Origin: an uncultured Acinetobacter sp.
Lineage (GTDB): Bacteria > Cyanobacteriota > Vampirovibrionia > Gastranaerophilales > Gastranaerophilaceae
Length of the DNA: 44,323 nt
Assembly: GCA_946623365.1 (NCBI GenBank)
Contig: CAMORE010000001.1
Span: forward strand, 1 to 44,323
Reading direction: 5' to 3'
This document shows, in pieces, positions 7,449-16,088 of this stretch. The notes below the pieces were generated by a model. It had not been told where the DNA came from. It saw nothing but the letters and a program-made list of their open reading frames with translations, and searched no databases. A program made the translations under genes and the position numbers. Position 1 is the stretch's first letter. Each line of letters starts with the position of its first letter.

Positions 7449-8294
7449 TTATTGATTCTGCCATATCTCCATTGCATGATATGAGCTTCTTACAAGGGGA
7501 CCAATCTGACAATTTTTGAAACCTATTTTTTTAGCAAGCAGTTTTAAGCATTCAAATTCATCTAACGTATAATATTTAGAAACATTCATATGCGATTTGG
7601 ATGGTTGAATATACTGACCTATGGTAATTATATCTGTTTTTGCATTTTTTAAATCAGTCAATGTTTCTTCAATTTCATCCATACTTTCACCTAATCCGAC
7701 CATTAAACCCGACTTTGTTATTATATTAGAATTTTCTTTTACGTATTTTAAAACATTTATTGATAAATTGTAATTTCCTTGAGGTCTTGCAGAGCTAAAT
7801 ATAGATTTAACTGTTTCAATGTTATGATTGAAAACATCAGGATTTGCTTTAATAATAATATCAAGACAAAAATTACCCTGACGAAAATCGGGTGTTAAAA
7901 TTTCTATTTTTGCATCTGATATTTGTCTAATCTCTTCAATACAATTTTTAAAATGTTCGGCACCACCGTCAGGCAAGTCATCTCTGGTTACTGAAGTTAT
8001 AACAGCATATTTCAGCCCGAGTTCTTTTACTGCTTCTGCAATATGTTTTGGTTCTTCTTTATCAAGCGGCAGAGGTTTAGCTGCTGAGATATTGCAGTAC
8101 CTGCAATTTCTTGTGCACACGTTACCCATGATTAAAAAAGTTGCGGTATTTTTAGCGTAACACTCACTTTTATTAGGACATCTTGCTCCTTCGCAAACAG
8201 TATTAAGACACTTATTTTTCAAAATATGTCTTACTGTTTTTGTTCTTTCCGTATCAATTATAGGCCGTTTTAAGTATTCGGGAAGTCTTGGCAT
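7449..8294 (-). CDS. lipA: Lipoyl synthase
   Basis: CEGARCPNKSEC (CX4CX5C), CTRNCRYC (radical SAM) and RSSYHA motifs. Confidence 0.97.
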   Translation of the reverse strand: MPRLPEYLKRPIIDTERTKTVRHILKNKCLNTVCEGARCPNKSECYAKNTATFLIMGNVCTRNCRYCNISAAKPLPLDKEEPKHIAEAVKELGLKYAVITSVTRDDLPDGGAEHFKNCIEEIRQISDAKIEILTPDFRQGNFCLDIIIKANPDVFNHNIETVKSIFSSARPQGNYNLSINVLKYVKENSNIITKSGLMVGLGESMDEIEETLTDLKNAKTDIITIGQYIQPSKSHMNVSKYYTLDEFECLKLLAKKIGFKNCQIGPLVRSSYHAMEIWQNQ

Positions 8295-8306
8295 ATATTA
8301 ATACCT

Positions 8307-9809
8307 TTAGAATCTCATAAAATTCATGTTATGTTTTTCTAAATACGCTTTTAAATCACGTTTAATTTCAGGTGCTAAAATGTATAAAACAATTACGTTA
8401 GGAATACAAAGAGCTATCATCATCGCATCTGTAATATCAATAACAGATTTAACGTTCATAACGGAACCTATAACTATAAATGCGCAATATATTAAATTAA
8501 ATGTTAAAACACGTTTTTTGCCTTCTCCGAGTAAGAATGTCCATGCTTTTTGTCCGTAGTATGCCCATGATATTAAAGTAGACATAGCAAAAAGAACCGC
8601 AATTAATGACAATATAACAGGGAAGAAAGGAATTACCGATTGGAAAGCATTAGATGCAAGCTCAATACCTGAGATTTCACCAACGGTATTCATGTCTAAA
8701 ACTCCTGAAAATACTATGGCAAAAGATGTAAACAAACATAGAACTCCTGTTAAGAAAGTTTCAAGCAAAGCCACAAAACCTTGCGAAACCGGTTCTTTTG
8801 TTTGAGCTGTTGCATAAACGATAGCTGCAGCACCGGTTCCTGCTTCATTAGATTGGACAGAACGTCTCAAGCCGATGATTATAGTTCCGAATACACCGCC
8901 TGCTACAGCTGTCGGATGGAAAGCTTCACGACAAATTAATGCTATAGCACTTGGAATATTATGCCAGTTTGCAAAAATGACTATTAATCCGGAGATTATA
9001 TACAAAGCACACATTGTGGGAGTCAAGACCGTAGTAACTTTTGCTATACTTTTTATACCGCCGACAACAACCATTCCGATAAGGATTGCCGCAACAAGTC
9101 CTATAACCCATGTGAAGCCATGGAATATGCTGTTTTCACCACCTGTTATGAATACAATTTGGTGCGCTGTTTGGTTAATTTGAATCATATTACCGCCGGT
9201 TAAACCTCCGCCGATACAAAGAATTGCGAATAGAACAGACAAAGGCTGTCCTAACCAGCGCATTTTTCTTCTTGTCAGACCATGAGCTATATAGTGCATC
9301 GGGCCGCCCGAAACAGAACCGTCTAAGTTAAATCTTCTGTATTTTACGGCTAAAGTTGCTTCTACAAACTTTATTGACATTCCCAGGAGTGCTCCTGCAA
9401 AAATCCAAAATGCTGCACCCGGACCGCCAATAGATATAGAAATTGCGACACCTGCAATACTGCCTATACCAATAGTTCCTGACAGTGCCGTAGCAAGAGC
9501 TTGAAATGAAGAGACTTCTCCGCATCCGTCACCTTTAGCGGAAGGTTTGGCTACAACGTCAATTGCATGCTTAAAGCCCCATATAGCCATTCCTCTAAAA
9601 TATATAGTAAAAAATATTCCGGCAATCAGAATCCAAAATATAATCAACGGAACTTTACTGCCGTTAATTGTTATAGGAAAAAATATAATACTTGCGACAA
9701 AATCCGAAACAGGTGCAATGTGCTTATCCATAAATTCGTCAACATTCATTGCACAAGCTGTCTGTAATGTCATTAACATAGTGAATACAATCATTAAAAA
9801 TTTTGTCAT
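8307..9809 (-). CDS. Alanine/glycine:cation symporter (AgcS/AlsT family)
   Basis: SSFQALATALSGTIGIGSIAGVA, GGPGAAFW, GGPMHY, SNEAGTG and WAYYG motifs. Confidence 0.95.
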   Translation of the reverse strand: MTKFLMIVFTMLMTLQTACAMNVDEFMDKHIAPVSDFVASIIFFPITINGSKVPLIIFWILIAGIFFTIYFRGMAIWGFKHAIDVVAKPSAKGDGCGEVSSFQALATALSGTIGIGSIAGVAISISIGGPGAAFWIFAGALLGMSIKFVEATLAVKYRRFNLDGSVSGGPMHYIAHGLTRRKMRWLGQPLSVLFAILCIGGGLTGGNMIQINQTAHQIVFITGGENSIFHGFTWVIGLVAAILIGMVVVGGIKSIAKVTTVLTPTMCALYIISGLIVIFANWHNIPSAIALICREAFHPTAVAGGVFGTIIIGLRRSVQSNEAGTGAAAIVYATAQTKEPVSQGFVALLETFLTGVLCLFTSFAIVFSGVLDMNTVGEISGIELASNAFQSVIPFFPVILSLIAVLFAMSTLISWAYYGQKAWTFLLGEGKKRVLTFNLIYCAFIVIGSVMNVKSVIDITDAMMIALCIPNVIVLYILAPEIKRDLKAYLEKHNMNFMRF

Positions 9810-10104
9810 AATTCTCTTTCTCTTTTCCTTGTTAATCTTGCAGTTATTCTATAACATTGTTCTAGTGTAAAACTTACAATCCTACCATATTAATTTATTT
9901 TACTTCAAACATGTCAAGTATTTAAAAAATCTTTACATGAACTGTTTAAATGTAACAATTGCATCAATAATTTTTTACATTGTTTAATATGATAAACGAG
10001 AACAAAATACTACGAAATACCCGATAGGATAGACAACTCGGTTAGTAGTTTTTATCCTGATACACCGGCTGTTGTATCAATATGTATACTAATAGTTAAG
10101 CAGT

Positions 10105-11109
10105 TTAAGAAATTTTTATATATGCTTTTAGTATCTTATTAGCAATAGTATCCTCAAAAGCCTGCTGTATACTTTCTATAGGATAAACCGTAGTCAGACC
10201 TTTTACGTTCACTCTTCCTGATGTTAGTAAATCAAATGAATCTTTTAAATCTTTTGGAGATGGAGAATAACTTCCCATTATGGTAAGCTCTTTATAATAT
10301 ATTTCATTATTCGGATAACCTGAGTTATGCGGAGTACTCGAAAATACAAGGATTTTACCGCCTTTTTTTACAACTTTTAATGCTACATCCAAAGCCTTAT
10401 CTGCTCCTGATGTCATAAATACCGCATCAATACCGCCGCTTTTTTCTTGAATAATTTTATCAAAATCATCTAAATTCTTCGAATTATATGATTCTATTCC
10501 AAAACTGTTTGCAAGCTTAATTCTATCTTCCATAAGGTCGCATCCGTAAACCTTATATCCAAATGCTTTTATTCCCTCACTCATAATAAGACCTATTGAA
10601 CCTAAACCCACAACCAAAACTTTGTCACCTTCAATAAGATTACATCTTTTTATAGCTCTTACACAGCAACCTAACGGTTCATAGAATGATATTTCCTCGT
10701 CTGTTATATTATCAGGAATCAAATATGCAACATTTTTCAGATGTTCTTCAGAAACATACACAAACTCACTAAATCCGCCGGGACGAATATTAGTTGATTT
10801 AAAATGTTCGCACATCGAAACATTTCCATGCCTGCAGTATGTGCATTCTCCGCATGGAATATGATGAGAAGTAACTATTTTATCTCCTTTTTTAAAATTG
10901 GTATCAGTATTAATATCTTCAATAACCGCAACTATTTCATGACCTAAAACGGCTCCGTCATGCACAATTTTTTCTCTGAATTTAACAATATCAGAACCGC
11001 ATAAACCGCATCCGAGGACTTTAACAATTGCCCCTTTTCGTCCGTCTAAATTTATATTTTCCGTGTCTTTTACTATTATTTTATCTTTATAAACCTGTGC
11101 TGTTTTCAT
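10105..11109 (-). CDS. Zn-dependent medium-chain alcohol/polyol dehydrogenase
   Basis: GLCGSD, LGHE, CGECTYCRHGNVSMC and GLGSIG motifs. Confidence 0.92.
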   Translation of the reverse strand: MKTAQVYKDKIIVKDTENINLDGRKGAIVKVLGCGLCGSDIVKFREKIVHDGAVLGHEIVAVIEDINTDTNFKKGDKIVTSHHIPCGECTYCRHGNVSMCEHFKSTNIRPGGFSEFVYVSEEHLKNVAYLIPDNITDEEISFYEPLGCCVRAIKRCNLIEGDKVLVVGLGSIGLIMSEGIKAFGYKVYGCDLMEDRIKLANSFGIESYNSKNLDDFDKIIQEKSGGIDAVFMTSGADKALDVALKVVKKGGKILVFSSTPHNSGYPNNEIYYKELTIMGSYSPSPKDLKDSFDLLTSGRVNVKGLTTVYPIESIQQAFEDTIANKILKAYIKIS

Positions 11110-11128
11110 ATTTCGTCCTTTTATTAAA

Positions 11129-11986
11129 CTAGTTTCTTAACTTTGCAAATTTAGTATTCGCATAAAAATATTTTAAAATTTGATATCCGTTATATCCTCT
11201 TTTTGCCAGATTATTTGCGCCATGTTGACTCATTCCGACACCATGACCGTTCTTTTTTACTCCGTCATCAAAAGACGGTACAGATTTTATAAAGGGTAAA
11301 TCGTGAGTCCAAACCTGACTTGCACTTTTTGTTGTTCCTCCTGCTGAAGCAGAATAATAAGCGGGAACTATTTTCCCTTGACAGACAAGTACAATTCCTT
11401 CAGTTTCGGTTACTGCATTATTTGTTTGAACTGTTTCAGCAGAGGCTCCGCCATATGCTTGATCTTCAGGCGTATCTTTTAAATCATAACCGTATTTACC
11501 CCGTTTCCCCATATTAGCAACCGCATAACTTCTGGCAGCAATAGCTTGTGCTTTATGAGCTTCGTGTTCCCACCCTGATGGCATTTCAGATGGAACAACC
11601 CCTCTTAAATACAATTCCAACGGAATATCATTCATAACAGTAAGAGAATTATGATCGTTGATAATTTTTAAATGCCCTCTATACCATTTTCTTTTTACAC
11701 TTACGAACCCCTTTTCTTCAGGTTTTATAATAATAGCACTTGTTTTGATTTTCCTGTATTGACCGTTAATTTTAATAGCAATATTTCCCTTATATGGTTT
11801 TAGTTCATATCCTTTCATTTTCTCCATTTCATACAAGAGTTTATTTGTTTTTCCGTCAATTAATTGTGCTTTTGTTGAAGCCCCGACAAATGTTTTTCCG
11901 ACATGAGTCTGCAATCCTATCTTTATTGCAAAACAGGGTGCTGTTAAAAATAAATATATAAAACAAAATATTGAAAACTTTCTCAT
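11129..11986 (-). CDS. SpoIID/LytB-domain protein (lytic transglycosylase-like)
   Basis: YLRGVVPSEMP, KAQAIAARSYA, QAYGG, GHGVGMSQHGA and ILKYFY motifs. The start is uncertain (11986, 11992 or 12016). Confidence 0.9.
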   Translation of the reverse strand: MRKFSIFCFIYLFLTAPCFAIKIGLQTHVGKTFVGASTKAQLIDGKTNKLLYEMEKMKGYELKPYKGNIAIKINGQYRKIKTSAIIIKPEEKGFVSVKRKWYRGHLKIINDHNSLTVMNDIPLELYLRGVVPSEMPSGWEHEAHKAQAIAARSYAVANMGKRGKYGYDLKDTPEDQAYGGASAETVQTNNAVTETEGIVLVCQGKIVPAYYSASAGGTTKSASQVWTHDLPFIKSVPSFDDGVKKNGHGVGMSQHGANNLAKRGYNGYQILKYFYANTKFAKLRN

Positions 11987-12141
11987 CCCCATAAAATTAT
12001 TATACATAAAATACATAAAAAAATGTATTAAAAGTGCGGAAAGATAAAATGTTAAGAAAGCTTAAACAGGAATTAACTTTTTTATTGTTTTGAGTTATTA
12101 TGATTCTATAAAAACAAAAGGTAAGAAAAGGAGTTTTATAA

Positions 12142-13248
12142 ATGAAAAAACTATTAGTTTGTTTAGCGGTTTCTACAATGCTGCTGACAGGGTGTACTTT
12201 TACTAATAAAGGTGCAGGTATTATAAAAGTCAACGGGCAAGTAATTACACAGGCTGATTTTGACAAGGAATTTGACAAGAATGTAGACAATTCAATGTTC
12301 AAAGCATTTGGCGGTTCTAAGAATTTTATAAAGTCTGATGAGAATCCAATGTATGCAGTTTTTAAAGAAAAAGTCGTTAATGAACTGATTATTAAATCTT
12401 TATTAGATGAAGAGATTGCAAAAAGAGGCATAAGTGCTTCAAAAGATGAAATACAAGCAGAACTTAAAACCGTTATTGATAAAGTAGGCTCAAAAGAAGA
12501 ATTAAATAAAATTTTGAAACAAAGAAATATCTCAAATAACCAATTCACAGAAGATTTAAAAACTCAAATTAAAATAAGAAAGCTGATAAATTCTATTGAA
12601 AAAGTTGAAGTTTCTGATGCTGAAGTACAAAAATACTACAATACTCATCCGAAAGAATTTACACACGGCGAGCAAGTAAGAGCTTCTCACATTCTTATTG
12701 CAACAGATGTTTTAGGAACGATTAAAGCATTAAAAGACAAAAATCCTAATATATCTACAGAAGATTTGAATAAAGAAGTAGAGAAGAAAATGGCTGAGCA
12801 GAAAGCAAAAGCTGAAGCTGTTTTAGCTGAAGTTAAAAATAACCCTCAAGATTTTGCAAAAATAGCATCAGAAAAATCTGATGATAAAGCAAGCGCAGAA
12901 CGCGGAGGAGAACTTGGATTCTTCACAAAAGAAGCTATGGTACCGGAATTTTCAAAAGCAGCATTTTCTATGAAACCGGACACAATAAGCAATCTTGTTC
13001 AAACAAATTACGGGTATCATATTATAAAAGTAACCGACAGAATGGAAGCCGGAACCACTCCTTTTGCGAAAATAAAAGATGAATTAAAATTCTTTATTGA
13101 AACACAAAAACAAATTGCTGTTCTTAAAAACTTTACGGCAAGTTTAATGAAAACAGCTAATATTGAATATCTTGATGACAATTTTAATCCCGCAAAAATT
13201 GTAACACCTGCTCAAGATAAAACAGAAGCTAAAAATAATAAAAAATAG
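12142..13248 (+). CDS. PrsA/SurA-like parvulin peptidyl-prolyl isomerase lipoprotein
   Basis: Lipobox LTGC; VRASHILI, GGELG, MVPEF and YGYHIIKV motifs; AAGGAG RBS. Confidence 0.93.
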   Translation: MKKLLVCLAVSTMLLTGCTFTNKGAGIIKVNGQVITQADFDKEFDKNVDNSMFKAFGGSKNFIKSDENPMYAVFKEKVVNELIIKSLLDEEIAKRGISASKDEIQAELKTVIDKVGSKEELNKILKQRNISNNQFTEDLKTQIKIRKLINSIEKVEVSDAEVQKYYNTHPKEFTHGEQVRASHILIATDVLGTIKALKDKNPNISTEDLNKEVEKKMAEQKAKAEAVLAEVKNNPQDFAKIASEKSDDKASAERGGELGFFTKEAMVPEFSKAAFSMKPDTISNLVQTNYGYHIIKVTDRMEAGTTPFAKIKDELKFFIETQKQIAVLKNFTASLMKTANIEYLDDNFNPAKIVTPAQDKTEAKNNKK

Positions 13249-13256
13249 GTTATTTT

Positions 13257-13295
13257 ATATAAAAACGCACTGCAGAATGCAGTGCGTTTTTATAT
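13257..13295. terminator. Intrinsic terminator (symmetrical)
   Basis: ATATAAAAACGCACTGCA-GAA-TGCAGTGCGTTTTTATAT right after the PPIase stop codon. Confidence 0.85.
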
Positions 13296-13309
13296 GCATA
13301 AGGGAAAAT

Positions 13310-13996
13310 ATGAATTTAGAAAACGAAATTTTTATCAAATACACTCCGAATTATAAACTACTAAAAAAAGATAATATAAAATTTGATAAAAATTATTTTT
13401 ATATTGAAAAACTTTTTATGAACGGTGATTTTAAAGCGACTGTTAAAATATCCGCAACCGGTACCGTTAGCGGAACAGTCTTTGATATGGAGAATAATGA
13501 AGAATTTTTGCCTCTCAGGGTTGAACATTCTGAAGGATCATATATCGGAACCGTTAGAGAAGAATATATAAAGCTTCTTACATCAATTCGAGATAAATAT
13601 TTTTGTGAAAAATATTTTGTATCCGCTCAAGGAAATCGAATTGCGGAATTAATAAATAAAAAATACGGCGATAAACCTGCTTTTATGTGGGAAGATTATC
13701 CAACCTTCGGAGTTTTTAAAAATTCCGAAACCGGCAAATGGTATGCTCTTATCATGTATATAAACAAACAAAAACTCAACGAAAACGATGATTCTATGAT
13801 TGAAGTTATGAATATAAAACTGGATCAAAACAAAATACCTGAATTAATAAAGAAGGATGGATTTTTCCCTGCTTATCATATGAATAAAAAATATTGGCTC
13901 ACATTATCATTAGATGACATTATAAATGATAAGGATATTATGAAATACATAGATGAAAGTTATCAATATACTATTAAAAAGAAAAAAGCAAAATAA
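13310..13996 (+). CDS. MmcQ/YjbR family DNA-binding protein
   Basis: KWYALIM, NIK and PAYHMNKKYW motifs. ATG 13310 has an AGGGA RBS; the ORF-track start at 13277 lies inside the terminator. Confidence 0.88.
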   Translation: MNLENEIFIKYTPNYKLLKKDNIKFDKNYFYIEKLFMNGDFKATVKISATGTVSGTVFDMENNEEFLPLRVEHSEGSYIGTVREEYIKLLTSIRDKYFCEKYFVSAQGNRIAELINKKYGDKPAFMWEDYPTFGVFKNSETGKWYALIMYINKQKLNENDDSMIEVMNIKLDQNKIPELIKKDGFFPAYHMNKKYWLTLSLDDIINDKDIMKYIDESYQYTIKKKKAK

Positions 13997-14023
13997 CCGT
14001 TAACGTTTATCCTTTGCTCACTG

Positions 14024-14052
14024 TTGAGTTTTATTTCTAAATTTGGTATAAT
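14024..14052 (+). promoter_or_regulatory. Sigma-70-type promoter
   Basis: TTGAGT-17 nt-TATAAT with a TG extended -10. Confidence 0.65.
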
Positions 14053-14086
14053 CAGGAAGAAAAGTAGTAGAAGAGGAAGTTTTATT

Positions 14087-14959
14087 ATGAGTAATATTGT
14101 TATTTATTCAACAAAGCCTGCTCCTGACATTCAAGCAGTATTAGCAGATATAGATGAAGCAGACGTTAAAGTTATATCAATTGACCAAATAAAAGATTAT
14201 GCAATAGTTAATCCGTCATTAATGATTATTGAAAATATAGACATCGTAAAAGATGCACTTATGACAAATAAGTTTCCTTGTCCGATTTTATTTTTCGGTC
14301 CTGTCAGAAAAGATGTTACAGTTAGGGCTGAAGGATATGATTTCATTGAAGATCCTTCAAAATCTGATGAACTTCTTATTAGAGTTAAAGCTTTATTAAA
14401 GATAAAAGAATACAAAGACAAAGTAGAAAGAGTTTCAACTACAGATGATTTAACCGGCTTGCATAACAGAAAATACCTCCAAGAACGTTTAGAAGAAGAA
14501 ATCTCCCGTTCAAGACGTTACGGAACCAAGTTATCATGCATCCTATTTGACTTAGACTTTTTCAAAGTTGTCAATGACATGTATGGTTACGAATGGGGTG
14601 ATATTTTACTTAGAAATATCGCAAATAAGCTTGATGCAATGATTCGTAAAGAAGATATATTAACCAGATATGGAGACGAAGAATTTTTATTGGTACTTCC
14701 AAATACTTCTGAAGAAAATGCATTCCTGTTTGGTGAAAGATTCAGAAGAGAAGTTGAAAAAATGGAATTCATTCCTGCCGGAGAGGAAGAAGCCCACAGG
14801 GTTACCATTTCCGGAGGCATTTCAACATATCCTTGCATGAAGGATGTCGATGAAGATGCAAATACTGTTATTCGTTATGCAGAGCATGCTTTATATAACG
14901 CAAAACACAGAGGTAAAAATAAGATTATTCAATTCTCTCAAATGAATTTGGAAATGTAA
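14087..14959 (+). CDS. Pseudo-receiver plus GGDEF-domain protein (degenerate GDEEF active site)
   Basis: TDDLTGLHNR, DLDFFKVVND, RKED..RYGDEEF and KHRGKN motifs. Start set at ATG 14087 (GAGGAA RBS, downstream of the promoter). Confidence 0.92.
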   Translation: MSNIVIYSTKPAPDIQAVLADIDEADVKVISIDQIKDYAIVNPSLMIIENIDIVKDALMTNKFPCPILFFGPVRKDVTVRAEGYDFIEDPSKSDELLIRVKALLKIKEYKDKVERVSTTDDLTGLHNRKYLQERLEEEISRSRRYGTKLSCILFDLDFFKVVNDMYGYEWGDILLRNIANKLDAMIRKEDILTRYGDEEFLLVLPNTSEENAFLFGERFRREVEKMEFIPAGEEEAHRVTISGGISTYPCMKDVDEDANTVIRYAEHALYNAKHRGKNKIIQFSQMNLEM

Positions 14960-14979
14960 ATTAAACAAAATAAAACAAA

Positions 14980-15014
14980 AAAAATGCCTGTCGCAATATT
15001 CGTCAGGCATTTTT
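14980..15014. terminator. Intrinsic terminator
   Basis: AAAAATGCCTG...CAGGCATTTTT after the GGDEF gene. Confidence 0.75.
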
Positions 15015-15090
15015 ATTTAATTCTATTTATAGACACCACTGCAAGATTATAGTAAAATATTAATGCGAATAAATTTTAAGGAATGAAAGA

Positions 15091-15759
15091 ATGAATAAAA
15101 GATTGATTATATTAGGGATTTTAATTTTAGGAATTGCAATAGTCGGTAAGTTATTATTTGTTGCCTGCAAAAATATTAAGGTAGATGAGTTTCACAAAGC
15201 TGCAATAATATTTGCAGTAGACTCTTCTGCGTCAAATCAAAAGAATTTACCTGAACAAATCAAATATTTAAAATCACTTTGTTCAATACTGGATCCTGAA
15301 GATGAAATTAAAATTCTAAAAGTATCGGAAACATCCTATTTGATTTATGAAGGCTCTCCATCGAATACAAAAGGTATAACAAAAGCAGTGGAAGCGTTTA
15401 CACAATATAATCCCAATGACTACGGAACGGCATACGGAGAAGCTATAAAAAAAGCTTTTGATCATTGTTTGACAATGAAAAAAGAAGGATATGTTCCGGC
15501 TGTTGTTATAATAGGTGATTTAGAAAATGAAGGTGCGGTTGAAAAACAAATTAACTGGGATACATTACCGGAAAATGTCAAAGGTGTAAAAGAATACGTA
15601 CCTGAGATTTCAATGATGTTTGTATACGCTCACCCTGAGAAATTGGATATGGTTAAAACAAAGCTGGGTCCTGTTTTGGGTGAGAAAAAGCTTCTTGTTG
15701 CAAATGAAACAGGGTTGGATAAAGTTAACAGAAGATTTTTAGAAGCAATCGGAAGATAG
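15091..15759 (+). CDS. Membrane-anchored von Willebrand A (vWA) domain protein
   Basis: N-terminal TM segment; MIDAS elements DSSAS (DxSxS), GT and VIIGD. Confidence 0.8.
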   Translation: MNKRLIILGILILGIAIVGKLLFVACKNIKVDEFHKAAIIFAVDSSASNQKNLPEQIKYLKSLCSILDPEDEIKILKVSETSYLIYEGSPSNTKGITKAVEAFTQYNPNDYGTAYGEAIKKAFDHCLTMKKEGYVPAVVIIGDLENEGAVEKQINWDTLPENVKGVKEYVPEISMMFVYAHPEKLDMVKTKLGPVLGEKKLLVANETGLDKVNRRFLEAIGR

Positions 15760-15799
15760 TTTTTAAATGGAAAGCGAAAAATTAAAAACGTATAAGTAA

Positions 15800-15949
15800 G
15801 TAGGGTGCGGAGTACCACCCCGATAATATAGGGATACAGGTCGGGTTTAACCTGACAACAATATTAAAAGGGAATAAACGTAGGTTGGGGTTTCTACCCC
15901 AACAATAAGAAACAAAGAAATTAATGTTGGGTTAGTAAACCCAACCTAC
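15800..15949. repeat. Cluster of GTAG-type REP palindromes including an inverted doublet
   Basis: GTAGGGTG..CACCC (15800), CAGGTCGGGTTTAACCTGAC (15837), GTAGGTTGGGGTTTCTACCCCAACA (15880-15904) and an inverted copy at 15925-15949. Confidence 0.85.
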
Positions 15950-15991
15950 AATGAAAAATAAACAAATGATTACTTAATTTAATATAAAAAC

Positions 15992-16047
15992 TCACTTAAT
16001 CACTCAATCACAAAGTGAGCGATGCGAACAAAATCACTTAGTCACTA
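15992..16047. repeat. Degenerate 8-bp TCACTTAA tandem repeats
   Basis: TCAC-cored units at 15992, 16000, 16008, 16034 and 16042; same unit as 1525-1596. Confidence 0.75.
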
Positions 16048-16088
16048 AAGGCAAATAGTAAACAAATTATAATATAGGAGAAAAACAA

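Noticed and set aside
9810-10104. Glycine riboswitch upstream of the alanine/glycine symporter
   Set aside because: The GGAGA...CCGAAG...CTCTCAGG core is not present on the minus strand.
12000-12548. 182-aa minus-strand ORF
   Set aside because: It is mostly antisense to the PPIase gene and shows no independent coding signal.
13277-13309. ORF-track N-terminal extension of the MmcQ/YjbR gene
   Set aside because: It starts inside the terminator hairpin, and ATG 13310 has a proper RBS.
15800-16047. Possible CRISPR mini-array
   Set aside because: The repeats are non-identical, one is inverted, spacing is irregular and no cas genes are present; REP and octamer repeats explain the region.
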